In this document: positions 1 to 11,464 of the stretch, piece after piece
Numbering within the stretch: the first letter of the stretch is position 1
How the letters are laid out: the number at the start of each line of letters is the position of its first letter
From: an uncultured Acidobacteriota bacterium
Lineage (GTDB): Bacteria > Acidobacteriota > Thermoanaerobaculia > Multivoradales > UBA5704
DNA: 64,000 bases
Assembly: GCA_963700145.1 (NCBI GenBank)
Contig: OY969474.1
Coordinates: 832,001 to 896,000 of the forward strand
Reading direction: 5' to 3'
Notes under the pieces: generated by a model
The model's database searches: none
What the model saw: the letters and a program-made list of their open reading frames with translations, nothing else
What the model was told of the DNA's origin: nothing
Program-made: the position numbers and the translations under genes

Positions 1-130
1 GGCGGCGGAATAAATCGCCCGGCCGAGCGATTGGATCGGTCAGAACCTGCTCGCATCCTCTGCACGGCCCCCAGAGGTTCTCCAACCGCGGGGAGAGGTA
101 GTTCGAGCTCCTCAGGAAGGAGGACAGCTC

Positions 131-1738
131 ATGTCCAAGCTACGCCTCTTGTCGGTCATCGTCGCCTCTCTGCTCCTGCCCCTGGACCCCGCCGCCGCCG
201 CCCGCCCGGCCGACCCCGGGCCGCCGCCGCGGCTCTACGACCTCGATGTCGTCGCGCAACCCGAGGTGCGGCGCGACCTCGTGCCCGACGGGGACGAGGA
301 GTTCCTCATCGAGGTAGACCCGGCGGCCGTCGCCGCCAACCCGCCGGCGTTCGTGATCGACCTCCCCGGCTCGTCCCCGCTGGTGGCCACCCGTACCCGC
401 TTCGTCGAGTACGGTCCGGACTGGAAGAGCTGGTTCGGCGCAATCCGGCATGCTGGTGCCCCGGGCAAAGGCACCGGGTTCATCCATCTCGGCTATCACG
501 GCGATCAGCTCACCGCCGTGATCGACTTCGCGGGCGAGCGCTACCGGATCGTGGGCGGTGGGGAGGAGAGCCACCGCTTGGTCCGGCTTTCCAACGAGCT
601 GAGCCCGCAGCCCTGCGGCGTCGACGAGGTGGCCGACGCCGCCGCGGAGCCGCTGTTCGACGCTTCCGCGGTCGGGACGAACCAAGACGATGCGTCGCCC
701 AGCACGGTGTTCGCCACGGTCACGATGACGACCCGCATCGACGTCCTCGCCGTCTATCCGAAGGCGTTCTTCACCATGACTTCCACGGTCGAGAGCTCGA
801 TCTTCACCTTCGTGCAAGACTCCATCTCCCTGGCCAACAACGCCTTCGCCAACAGCAACGTCCCCGCCTACTACAACCTGGTCGGCATCGTGCCGGTCCT
901 CGACGCCTCACAGCCCTTCAGCGGCGTCTCGAGCAGCCTCAGTTGGCTGAACGGCGAGCCCGCCGAGGTCACCGCCCTGCGCAACGCCTTCGGCGCCGAC
1001 GTCGTCACCGTCTACATCCCCTTCGGGTGGAGCAACCCGAACGTTTGCGGTATCGCCAACCTGCCCGGGGCCTTCACTCCCATCGGCCAGAAGGCGTACA
1101 CGGCCAACCGCAACGCCTGCGGCCTGAGCGACTTCACCCTGGGCCACGAGATCGGCCACAACTACGGGATGCGCCATGAGGACGACACCAGCTCCACCCC
1201 GCTGTTCTCGTTCGGCAAGGGTAAGCTGCTCACGGTCAGCGGCCAGCAGAAGGCGACGGTGATGGGCTGCACCTGTGGTCTTTCCCCCAAGCCCGCCTGC
1301 GGCTCCAACATCGCCGCCGGCGTCTGCAATCGCATCCCCCACTTCTCGGACCCGAACATCGCCTACCAGGGCGTCACGACCGGTGAGTCGGATCGCAACA
1401 ACGCGGAGGTCAGTCGCCTCCAGGTGGGCGGCTATGCCAACTTCCGCTCCGAGAGCCTGAACGGCCAGCCCACCGCGCAGTTCACCTACCAGCGCTGCGG
1501 TCGCGTCTTCTTCTTCAACGCCGGAAACTCCTTCGACGACGCACCGCTCCCTGCCGACGCCGCTAACTATCGCTGGGACTTCGGCGATGGGACGACTGGT
1601 ACCGGCAAGACCCCGGCGAAGCAGTACGCCTTCGACGGCGGATACCGGGTCCATCTGGTTGTCAAAGACAGCGGTGGCAAGACCGACGTCTATTGGTCAG
1701 GGGTGTTCGCTCAGGGTCCCTGTATAGGTCCGCTCTAG
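131..1738 (+). CDS. Secreted zinc metalloprotease (reprolysin/M12-like metzincin) with C-terminal PKD domain
   Basis: Signal peptide; HEIGHNYGMRH (HExxHxxGxxH) and a TVMG Met-turn; PKD motif YRWDFGDG; AGGAGG RBS upstream. Confidence 0.85.
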   Translation: MSKLRLLSVIVASLLLPLDPAAAARPADPGPPPRLYDLDVVAQPEVRRDLVPDGDEEFLIEVDPAAVAANPPAFVIDLPGSSPLVATRTRFVEYGPDWKSWFGAIRHAGAPGKGTGFIHLGYHGDQLTAVIDFAGERYRIVGGGEESHRLVRLSNELSPQPCGVDEVADAAAEPLFDASAVGTNQDDASPSTVFATVTMTTRIDVLAVYPKAFFTMTSTVESSIFTFVQDSISLANNAFANSNVPAYYNLVGIVPVLDASQPFSGVSSSLSWLNGEPAEVTALRNAFGADVVTVYIPFGWSNPNVCGIANLPGAFTPIGQKAYTANRNACGLSDFTLGHEIGHNYGMRHEDDTSSTPLFSFGKGKLLTVSGQQKATVMGCTCGLSPKPACGSNIAAGVCNRIPHFSDPNIAYQGVTTGESDRNNAEVSRLQVGGYANFRSESLNGQPTAQFTYQRCGRVFFFNAGNSFDDAPLPADAANYRWDFGDGTTGTGKTPAKQYAFDGGYRVHLVVKDSGGKTDVYWSGVFAQGPCIGPL

Positions 1739-1747
1739 CCCGTAGAG

Positions 1748-1780
1748 TCGGCCCCGCCGAGCGCGCGCTGGCGGGGCCGA
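1748..1780 (+). terminator. Probable intrinsic terminator hairpin
   Basis: TCGGCCCCGCC / GGCGGGGCCGA 11-bp stem just after the stop at 1738, followed by TTAGTATT. Confidence 0.55.
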
Positions 1781-1811
1781 TTAGTATTGCGGCACGAACC
1801 CAGGAGGACAC

Positions 1812-3620
1812 ATGGCGAAAGAGCGTTCGACCGATGTCCCTGGCGCGCCGCCGGCGCGCGACGGCGGCGCGCCGTCCACCGACCTGAGCCGCCGCAACTT
1901 CCTCCGCCTCGGCGCCCTGGCCGGCGCCGGCGCGCCACTCGCCGGGCTGCTCCACTCCACTCCTGCCGGCGCCGAGACGCCGACCTACGAGGCGAACGGC
2001 GACTTCGAGGAGACCACCATCGCCGAGATGCTGGCCGGCATGGAGAGCGGCGACATCTCGTCGGCCGAGCTGGTCGACTTCTATCTCGACCGTATCGCGC
2101 GGCTGGACCAGGGCGGCCCCAACGTCAACTCGATCATCGAGCTCAACCCGCAGGCGCGCGGGCTGGCGCGCAACCGCGACTCCGAGCGCCGCGCCGGCCA
2201 CCCGCGCGGCCCGCTCCATGGCCTCCCTGTCGTGATCAAGGACAACATCGACACCCGCGACCAGATGCAGACCACCGCCGGCTCGCTCGCCCTGGTCGGC
2301 GCCCCGGCGCTTCAGGACGCCACCGTGGCGCGCAAGCTCAAGCAGGCCGGGGCGATCATCCTCGGCAAGGCAAACCTCTCCGAGTGGGCCAACTTCCGCG
2401 GCTTCAACTCCTCGAGCGGTTGGAGCGGCCGCGGCCAGCAGACGAAGAATCCCTACGTCCTCGACCGCAACCCCTGCGGCTCCTCCTCTGGCTCCGCGGC
2501 GGCGGTCTCGGCCAACTTCGCCGCCGCCGCGCTCGGCACCGAGACGGACGGCTCGATCGTCTGCCCCTCGCACGCCAATGGCGTTGTCGGCATCAAGCCG
2601 ACGGTGGGGCTGACCAGCCGCGCCGGTGTCGTCCCGATCTCCCACACTCAGGACACCGTCGGCCCGCACGGACGCACGGTGGCCGACGCGGCGGCGCTCC
2701 TTGGCGTCCTTACCGGCGTCGATCCGCGCGACCCGGCGACCAACCGGAGCGCCGGACACTTCCACACCGACTACACCCAGTTCCTGGACCCGGACGGCCT
2801 CGCCGGAGCGCGGATCGGTGTCTTCCGCAGGAACGTGACCCTGTACAGCAATGAGACCGACGCGATCTTCGAGGAGGCGCTCGCGGCCATGGAGGACGCC
2901 GGCGCGGTGCTCGTCGACCCGGCCGACGTACCCACCATCGACCAGCTACTCGAAGATCCTGCCGAGATCATCGTCTTGATCTGGGAATTCAAGCGCGACC
3001 TCAATGCCTACCTAGCCACCCGCACGGGGGTGCCGGTCCACAACTTGGCCGACGTCATCGCGTTCAACATCGCGCATGCCGGCGTCGAGCTCAAATGGTT
3101 CGGCCAGGAGCTTTTGGAGGCCGCCGAGTTCGAGATCTTCACCGAGCAGGAGTACCTCGCCGCCCTCGAGCGCGGGCCCCGGCTCGCCGGCCCGGAGGGG
3201 ATCGACGCGGTGCTTGCGCAGTTCGACCTCGACGCCCTCGTCGCCCCGACCGGCTCCCCCGCCTGGCCGACCGACCTGATCAACGGCGACCACTTCCTCG
3301 GCGCCAGCTCGACGGCGGCGGCCATGGCCGGCTACCCGCTGATCAACGTCACGGCGGGCTTCACCTTCGGGCTGCCGGTGGGGATCAGCTTCATGGCCGG
3401 GGCGTTCAGCGAGCCGACGCTGATCAAGCTGGCCTCCGGCTTCGAGCACGTGGTCAACCCGCGGCGGGCGCCGAAGTTCCTGCCGCCGCTGAAGCTCCCG
3501 ACCCGCAACGATCCGACCGCCCCGGTGCGGGCGGCGTCCCGTGCGGCGGGCCCGCGGCGGCTGGAGCTGATGGCGGAGCGGCTGACGCCGCGGCAGCGGC
3601 GGCTCCTGCGGCTGCTCTAG
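1812..3620 (+). CDS. Tat-exported amidase (amidase signature family)
   Basis: SRRNFLR twin-arginine motif; IKDNI, GSSSGS and GTETDGSI motifs; AGGAGG RBS. Confidence 0.9.
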   Translation: MAKERSTDVPGAPPARDGGAPSTDLSRRNFLRLGALAGAGAPLAGLLHSTPAGAETPTYEANGDFEETTIAEMLAGMESGDISSAELVDFYLDRIARLDQGGPNVNSIIELNPQARGLARNRDSERRAGHPRGPLHGLPVVIKDNIDTRDQMQTTAGSLALVGAPALQDATVARKLKQAGAIILGKANLSEWANFRGFNSSSGWSGRGQQTKNPYVLDRNPCGSSSGSAAAVSANFAAAALGTETDGSIVCPSHANGVVGIKPTVGLTSRAGVVPISHTQDTVGPHGRTVADAAALLGVLTGVDPRDPATNRSAGHFHTDYTQFLDPDGLAGARIGVFRRNVTLYSNETDAIFEEALAAMEDAGAVLVDPADVPTIDQLLEDPAEIIVLIWEFKRDLNAYLATRTGVPVHNLADVIAFNIAHAGVELKWFGQELLEAAEFEIFTEQEYLAALERGPRLAGPEGIDAVLAQFDLDALVAPTGSPAWPTDLINGDHFLGASSTAAAMAGYPLINVTAGFTFGLPVGISFMAGAFSEPTLIKLASGFEHVVNPRRAPKFLPPLKLPTRNDPTAPVRAASRAAGPRRLELMAERLTPRQRRLLRLL

Positions 3621-4032
3621 CGAGGCAGCACAGGGCGCGCAGCAGGAGAACACGAGGAGGACCGCAGTGACCGCCGCGGCCCCGAATCCTCAGTCCGGCG
3701 CTCGGGGGCACACAGCGGCCCGAGCAATCCGCCGGCGAAGGGGGCGGCCCGGGTGCGGCGGGGGCCAGCGCTGCCGATGGCCCCCCGCCAGCGTCTTCCG
3801 TCGCCCGGACCGCCTCGTGCTCGCGGTCCAGCCCTGGAGCCCTTCCGGGCGATCACCTCGCGCATGGCCTCTCTACCCTAAGTGAACAAAAGTGCGGAGC
3901 GCAGCGACCAGTAACCTCCCAGCGAAGCCATTCCGGGTGACCTCTCGGAGAAGCTCGTCGGCTCACCTGTATTATGGAAGACTAACGCTAAAGGGCGCCG
4001 GCAGCGAAAGGCGCGGTCAGGAGGATCATCTC

Positions 4033-5358
4033 TTGTGGAAAGATCTTGGCTTTACCGACAGCCCTTATGATGCCCGGCCTCTCCGACCCGTACCAGACGA
4101 CGTCGATCTTCTCGTGGGGCGCAATGAAGAGGCCATCTCGCTTTATACAGCCCTTGATCTGTCACGCGAGGGCGTTCTGGTTCTTTCCGGCCCTCCGGGA
4201 GTTGGCAAGACAAGTTTCCTTAACATTCAGCAGCACCTTCTTTCTACTGACCGAGCCCCATTTGGACCGCGACTTCTGCCAGCAATGCAGCTTTGCCCAA
4301 TTTATCCAGGCGATGACGCTAAGGCAATCGCGCTGCGCGCCCTGGATGCTCTCATTGCCTCTGTCGAAACCCACTGCTCTCTAGCAAAAGCAAAAATCCC
4401 GCCCCAGACTAAGAAACTCGTCAAGTGGGCGAAGAGCACTGGCGGCGGCTTTGAAATTGGCCTTCAGCTCTTTGGATTCGGCGGCACTGTCGGCCGAACA
4501 ACCACCTTGCCCCCGGTAACCGAGAGCTCTTTTGAAAGTATAGCCGATGCAGTGGCCGTCGTGGTTTATGAAGTCCGAGAAATTCTCCATTTTGAAGGCG
4601 CCCTACTCATACTGGATAATATCGAGAACCTACCCGACCGCAAACTTCAGGATGTGCTCTTGACATTTCGCGACACCCTCTTTATGACTCCTCTTGCTTG
4701 GTGGATTATAATTGGCCAGAGCGGCTTGGCTAGTCTTATTCAGACTCTAGAGCCGCGACTATCTGATCGTCTCGCGGGCACCGGCCTGGAACTTCGTCCT
4801 CTCACATTTGAGGAGCTCGAAACCGCAATTGCACGACGTGTTGCGCGGTTTAACCTAGCAAAAGAGGCGAAAAGTCCGCTTCCTGAGAGCATTCATCGCG
4901 AGCTCTATGATGCGTCAAGAGGAGAAATACGATTCGTCTTCAAATATAGCGCCTCGATATGCGCCAAGTTTCTCGAGGAAGTTAGGAAGGTTCTGGTTGA
5001 CGTGAGTGGCCATAAACGCGCGGCTGCTCTTTCGAATACCATCGCGAAACAACTCATCAATAATCAGATACCGACGCAATACGCGCAAAGGTTGCTCAAA
5101 CAGATCGTGGCGCAGGAAATTGGAGGCCTCAGTCTAAAGCATAAAGACAAGGAAGTGTTGCGAACGCTTTACAAGCGAAAGGAGGCGCGTGCTAGCGACT
5201 TCAGAGAGTTTGGGTTCAAAACTATTCAGGCTTTCAGTAGCAATTATCTCAGCTCTCTTTATCAGCAGCACCTGCTCTCACGTCGACAGGAGGGCACCGC
5301 CGTGTTTTATAGTTTGCGCGGAATTGCCGCGATTGCCGCTAAAAATGATCTCCTGTAG
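4033..5358 (+). CDS. P-loop (AAA+/STAND-like) ATPase with C-terminal winged helix; lower-GC gene
   Basis: Walker A GPPGVGKT, Walker B LLILDNIE, C-terminal RRQEGTAVFYSL wing-like motif. The TTG start at 4033 follows AGGAGGA, so it is preferred over the ORF-track start at 3892. Visibly AT-richer than the flanks. Confidence 0.7.
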   Translation: MWKDLGFTDSPYDARPLRPVPDDVDLLVGRNEEAISLYTALDLSREGVLVLSGPPGVGKTSFLNIQQHLLSTDRAPFGPRLLPAMQLCPIYPGDDAKAIALRALDALIASVETHCSLAKAKIPPQTKKLVKWAKSTGGGFEIGLQLFGFGGTVGRTTTLPPVTESSFESIADAVAVVVYEVREILHFEGALLILDNIENLPDRKLQDVLLTFRDTLFMTPLAWWIIIGQSGLASLIQTLEPRLSDRLAGTGLELRPLTFEELETAIARRVARFNLAKEAKSPLPESIHRELYDASRGEIRFVFKYSASICAKFLEEVRKVLVDVSGHKRAAALSNTIAKQLINNQIPTQYAQRLLKQIVAQEIGGLSLKHKDKEVLRTLYKRKEARASDFREFGFKTIQAFSSNYLSSLYQQHLLSRRQEGTAVFYSLRGIAAIAAKNDLL

Positions 5359-5541
5359 CAGTTCGGAGGGGAATCTCGGCGAAGGGCATCTCCTCTCAGA
5401 GACAGCTCCGCAAGCGCTTACCGGCAGAGTGCCGGCTACCCGGTAGGACTGCGATCCTCCCGATCCAGTACTGGCGATCGAGGAGCGGTCGAACAGTGCC
5501 CACGGCACGCGAAGGTGTGCTCGCCCTCGATTCTCAAGCGC

Positions 5542-6513
5542 TCATTCTCGGTTTCCCTCGTCGTGCGTCACGAACCGGACCAGCGGCCGCGGCTCGCGCA
5601 GCACGGTGAGCTGGAAGACGTCCGGCCGCGCGTAGTGGCCGGCGACGTCGAGCTGCCAGCGCGGCCCGGCCACCCGGCGGGGGTCCACCTCGGCGTAGAG
5701 GATCGTCTCCCGCTCGCGCACCGGGCCCGCGACGAGCTTGCCGTCGGGGTCGGCCACCGCGCTGTCGCCCGGGTTGATCCACTCGCCGCCCCCTTGCAGG
5801 TAGCGCTCCTTGAAGGCGTAGCGGTCGGGAACGTCGTCGCGCCGCACGGCGCTGCAGCAGCCGACGGCGTAGACCCGCCCCTCCTTGGCGATGTGGCGGA
5901 GCGTCGAGAGCCAGGGCTCGCCGCGATCCCAGGTGGGCGCCAGCCAGAGCTCGACGCCGGCGGCGTAGAGCGCGTAGCGGGCGAGCGGCATGTAGTTCTC
6001 CCAGCAGACCAGGCCGCCCACCCGGCCGAAAGGGAGCTGGTGGACCGCCAGAGTGCTGCCGTCGCCCTGGCCGTAGACCAGCCGCTCGCCGCCGGTGGGG
6101 ACGAGCTTCCGGTGGCAGCCGAGGAGGCGCCCCTCGGCATCGAGGAGGAGCAGCGAGTTGTAGAGCGTCGAGCCGCTGGCTTCGGCGTTGCGCTCGTTGA
6201 TGCCGATCGCCACCGCCACCCCGGCGGCGCGCGCCGCCGCGCCGAGCCGCTCGGTCTCCGGACCGGGCACCGCGACCGACTGGTCGAGCAGCTCGGCGTA
6301 GAGCGCGCGCAGCGTCGCCGTGTCCCCCGCCGGCACCGACCAGACCCAAAACGGGTAGGTCGGCAAGAACGCCTCGGGGAAGACGGCGAGGCGCGCCCCC
6401 GCGGCGCCGGCCTCGGCGATCAGCGCGCACGCCTTCTCGAGCGTCGCCTCGCGGTCGAGGAAGACCGGCGCCGCCTGCACCGCGGCGATGGTGAACGGCG
6501 CGGCCTCGGGCAC
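5542..6513 (-). CDS. Nitrilase (carbon-nitrogen hydrolase family)
   Basis: Catalytic triad motifs FPEAF, HRKLVPT and CWEN; C-terminal DVAGHYARPDVF. Confidence 0.9.
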   Translation of the reverse strand: MPEAAPFTIAAVQAAPVFLDREATLEKACALIAEAGAAGARLAVFPEAFLPTYPFWVWSVPAGDTATLRALYAELLDQSVAVPGPETERLGAAARAAGVAVAIGINERNAEASGSTLYNSLLLLDAEGRLLGCHRKLVPTGGERLVYGQGDGSTLAVHQLPFGRVGGLVCWENYMPLARYALYAAGVELWLAPTWDRGEPWLSTLRHIAKEGRVYAVGCCSAVRRDDVPDRYAFKERYLQGGGEWINPGDSAVADPDGKLVAGPVRERETILYAEVDPRRVAGPRWQLDVAGHYARPDVFQLTVLREPRPLVRFVTHDEGNRE

Positions 6514-6536
6514 GCGCGCATTGTAGTGTCAGGCAC

Positions 6537-7932
<1,396 letters not shown>

Positions 7933-7955
<23 letters not shown>

Positions 7956-10900
7956 CGCGCGCCTCGAAGTCGAAGAGCACGTTGCTGGGGTCGGCGAAAC
8001 GCAGGGTGCGCGACCAGGAGGTCTCGCCCGGCGTCAGGTCCTCGCCCAGCACCGGGCCGGCGTAGCTGAAGGCCGCCGCGTCGGCCTCGCTGGTGCCGCC
8101 GCGGCCGTTGTCGGCGTTGATCACCCGGACGTCGCCGGTCGAGGCGTCGATGCCGACGATCTCGAGGCTGACCGGGTTGAGCAGCGTCTCCGCCGACTCG
8201 TTGACCAGCACCGCGTCGACCTCGAAGACGCCGTCGGCGAGGTCGGCGCGGACAACCCGGACGCTGACGCCGGAGGCGGTGAAGGCCGTCCGGTGGTCGA
8301 CCTGGACCGCCTGCGTGTTGCCCGGCTGCTCGATGTAGGTGCAGAGGGCGCCCGGGAACTCCGACCGCACGCGGAAGGCGTACTGGCCGTCGGACAAGCC
8401 GGAGACGGCGAGCGTCGTGGTGGCGCCGTCCACGCGGGCGATCTCCGTCCAGGCCCCGCCGCCGGCGCTGCGCTCGACGCGGTAGCCGGTCTCGCCGCCG
8501 ACGCCGGTCCAGGCGAGGGTGAAGCCGCCGTCGAAGTCGACGTGGTCGCCGTCCTGCTCGGTGTACTCGGTGGCGATGGCGGCGAGGGTCGCCGCCCCGA
8601 CGTCGGCGCCGATGTGCTTGTCCACCGTCAGCGTGAAGCTGCCGCCGGCGTTGACGTAGTTGATCACCCGGAAGACGTAGGTGCCGGGGATGGTGACCGC
8701 CACGTCCACGCTCTCGACGCCGCCAGGGACCCCGGAGCTGTCGATCAGGTTGCCGTTGGGGTCGTAGAGCTCGAGGTCGAGGTCGGGGTAGCCGACGTTG
8801 GTCACCTCGTCGGACTCCAGCAGGCCGGCCAGCCGGAAGGTGCCGCCCGCCACCTCGACCGGCAGGTCCACCGACTGCTCCCCCTGCCCCGCCGCGCTGG
8901 AGCCCAGGCCGAGGGTGCCCTCGCGGACCTCGGTCTCCACCCGCGTGCCGCCGGCGCCGGCCGGCGCCGAGGGAGCGGCGCGGTAGAAGAAGGGCATCGA
9001 CAGCCGCTCGCTGCCGTCGGTCCGGTCGGCGACGACGAACCACTGGATGTCGAGCTGCGGCTCGGCGGTGACCACGGTGCCGTCCACCGTCACGGTGGCG
9101 GTGAAGGTCGCCGAGCCGCCGGCCGGCACGCTGACGCTTGTCGGTGAAACGCTGGCCGAGACGCCGGCGTGCGACAGCTCACGGTTGTCCGCGACCGAGA
9201 GGGTGTAGGCCCCGCCGGTGCCGCGCAGGTCGCGGATGGTGACCTGCACGCTCCGGCTGTTCGTGCACTGGTTGTTGATGACCGGCGCGGCGCCGAAGGA
9301 GTGGCTGCCGAGGATGCCCGGCGCCGCGATGCCGTCGCCGGCGACGCCCATCAGCGCCTTGGCGCGCGCGGCGCGGACGACGTCGACGTAGCCGCCCCCC
9401 TGGGCGTGGACCTTGGGGTTCTGCGTGCCGAAGGTGTCCGGCACGCCGGCAGCGTCGCGCATCGGCGTCGAGGTGTTGATCAGCGCCGTCCGCACCATGT
9501 CCGGCGTCCAGGTGGGGTTGGCCTGCTTGATCTGGGCGGCGGCGCCGGCGACGTGCGGCGAGGCCATGCTGGTGCCGCTGATCGTGCCGTAGGTGAGGCC
9601 GTCGTCGGTGGTGATGGCGCCGATGACGCTGGTCGGCGGCACTCCGGCCAGGATGTTGGTGCCCGGCGCCGAGAGGTCGGGCTTGACCTGGCCGAGGCCG
9701 ATCACCGGGCCGCGCGAGCTGGAGCCGTTCATCGCGGTGCGGAACTGGCCGACCGCCCCCTTGAGCGTGATCGTCCCGGCCGAGACGTCGCCGTGCTGCG
9801 GGTTGGGGCCGATCAGGCTGAGCAGGTAGGCGGCGTCCGCCTCCTTGATGATCGTGGCGGGGATCGTCGACTTGACCGCCGTCGCGTTCTCGGTCTCGTC
9901 GTCGATGAACAGCACCGCCACCGCCCCCGCGAGGGCGGCGTTGTTGGCGATCTCGCCGAAGAGCCCCACGGCGTGGCCGAAGCGGACGAGCGCGATGCGG
10001 CCGGCCGCGCCGGCCGGGTAGTCGGCGGCGGTGAGCGAATCGGCGACGTAGCAGAATTGCGCGCTGAGGCCTGCTGCGGGCGGCGACGGCGTCCCGGCCA
10101 TCGGGAAGGTCACGATGTCGCTGCGGGCGCCGGCGTCGACGAACCAGTTGGCCGCCGAGCCGGGGTCGGTGGCGTTGCCGACCGAGATTACGTGCCGGCC
10201 GACCGAGGGGGATCCCACGATCCCCGGGACGTCGCCGGAGTTGCCGGCCGCCGCCACGACGATGGCGCCCATCAGGGCGGCGTTGGAGGCCGCCGCCGCG
10301 GTCGGATCGTCGGGCTGGCCGAAGGTCGAGCCCAAGCTCATGTTGATGACGTGCGCGACCGGCTTGGGGAAGCCGGTCAGGGTGCGCGGCGAGACCGAGT
10401 CCTCGAGCGCCAGGACGATGTCGCCCAGGCACTCGCCGATGAGGCCGACCCCGACCACGCTGCCGGCGACGTTGGCGGCGAAGAGAGTGTCGGAGCAGAC
10501 CTTGTAGCTCATCAGCTTCGCCTGCGGCGCCACCCCGTGAACGGGCACGTCGTCGGCGGTGGTCGGCACGCCGTCACCGCCGGGCTCGAAGCCGAGATAG
10601 CCGACGGCGGTGGTGGCGACGTGGGTGCCGTGGCCGATGCCGTCTTCGACCACCCAGTCCATCATCGGCAGGTTGTAGATCACCTTCTTGTTCGCCGGCA
10701 CCAGGGGCGAGGCGGGCGCCAGCCCGAGGCGCGGCGGCGTCGGGTCGCCGCCGAACATCTCGTGCTGCCACTCGATGCCGCTGTCGATGACCGACATCAC
10801 GATTCCCTGCCCCTCGTACCCCTCGCGCAGGTCGTCGAAGGGGTTCAGCTCGGGGACGCCGCCGTAGAGCTCCGGCGCGCGAATGAAGGGGACGCTGCGG

Positions 10901-11328
10901 TCGAGGGCGATGGTGGGGTGGCGCACCCGGTGGACGTTCTTGACCCCGGAGACGCCGCGCAGCCGGGCCACGTCGGCGGGCGAGACGGTCAGCGTGAAGC
11001 CGTTGTAGACCAAGGTGTAGCGCCGCTGCACCGCCGTCGGCAGGCCGGTCGCGCCCGGCACGGAGACCGTGGCGATCGCGGCCGGGATGCCGGCGGCGGC
11101 GATGCGGGTGAGCACGACGTTCTGGGCAGTGGTGAGCTGCGCGCGGTAGGCCGCGAGCGCGGCGTCGGAGACCGTCAGCCCTTGCTTGAGTTGGCGCGCC
11201 CGCCAGACCGCACCGGGCTCGCCCTGCAGCTCGACGATGACGCTGGTCGTGGTCGCCGCCCAGGCCGCGCCGCCCACGAACAGGAGCGCCAGCCCGGCAA
11301 CCAGGAAACGGAGTGTGCGAGAAGACAT
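7933..11328 (-). CDS. Secreted S8 subtilisin-like serine protease (I9 propeptide, PA domain, Fn3-like C-terminal domains)
   Basis: Triad VIDSG / HGTHVA / GTSMASPHVAG; oxyanion AAAGNSG; signal peptide from ATG 11328. Confidence 0.9.
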
Positions 11329-11464
11329 GTTGACGTCCCTCCCCAGGGTTTGGTGGTCGGGGAGGTGGTCCAACGCAGGCTGCCCCTCCCCTCGCCACTA
11401 CCCTAGGCAGGACGCCGCCGCCGGACCATGAGGAAGGCCCCCCAGGCCGGGCGGGGTGTTTCCC

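Noticed and set aside
3667-3885. 72-aa ORF preceded by GAGGAGG
   Set aside because: Low-complexity translation with no recognisable motif; it may be a remnant at the islet edge but cannot be supported.
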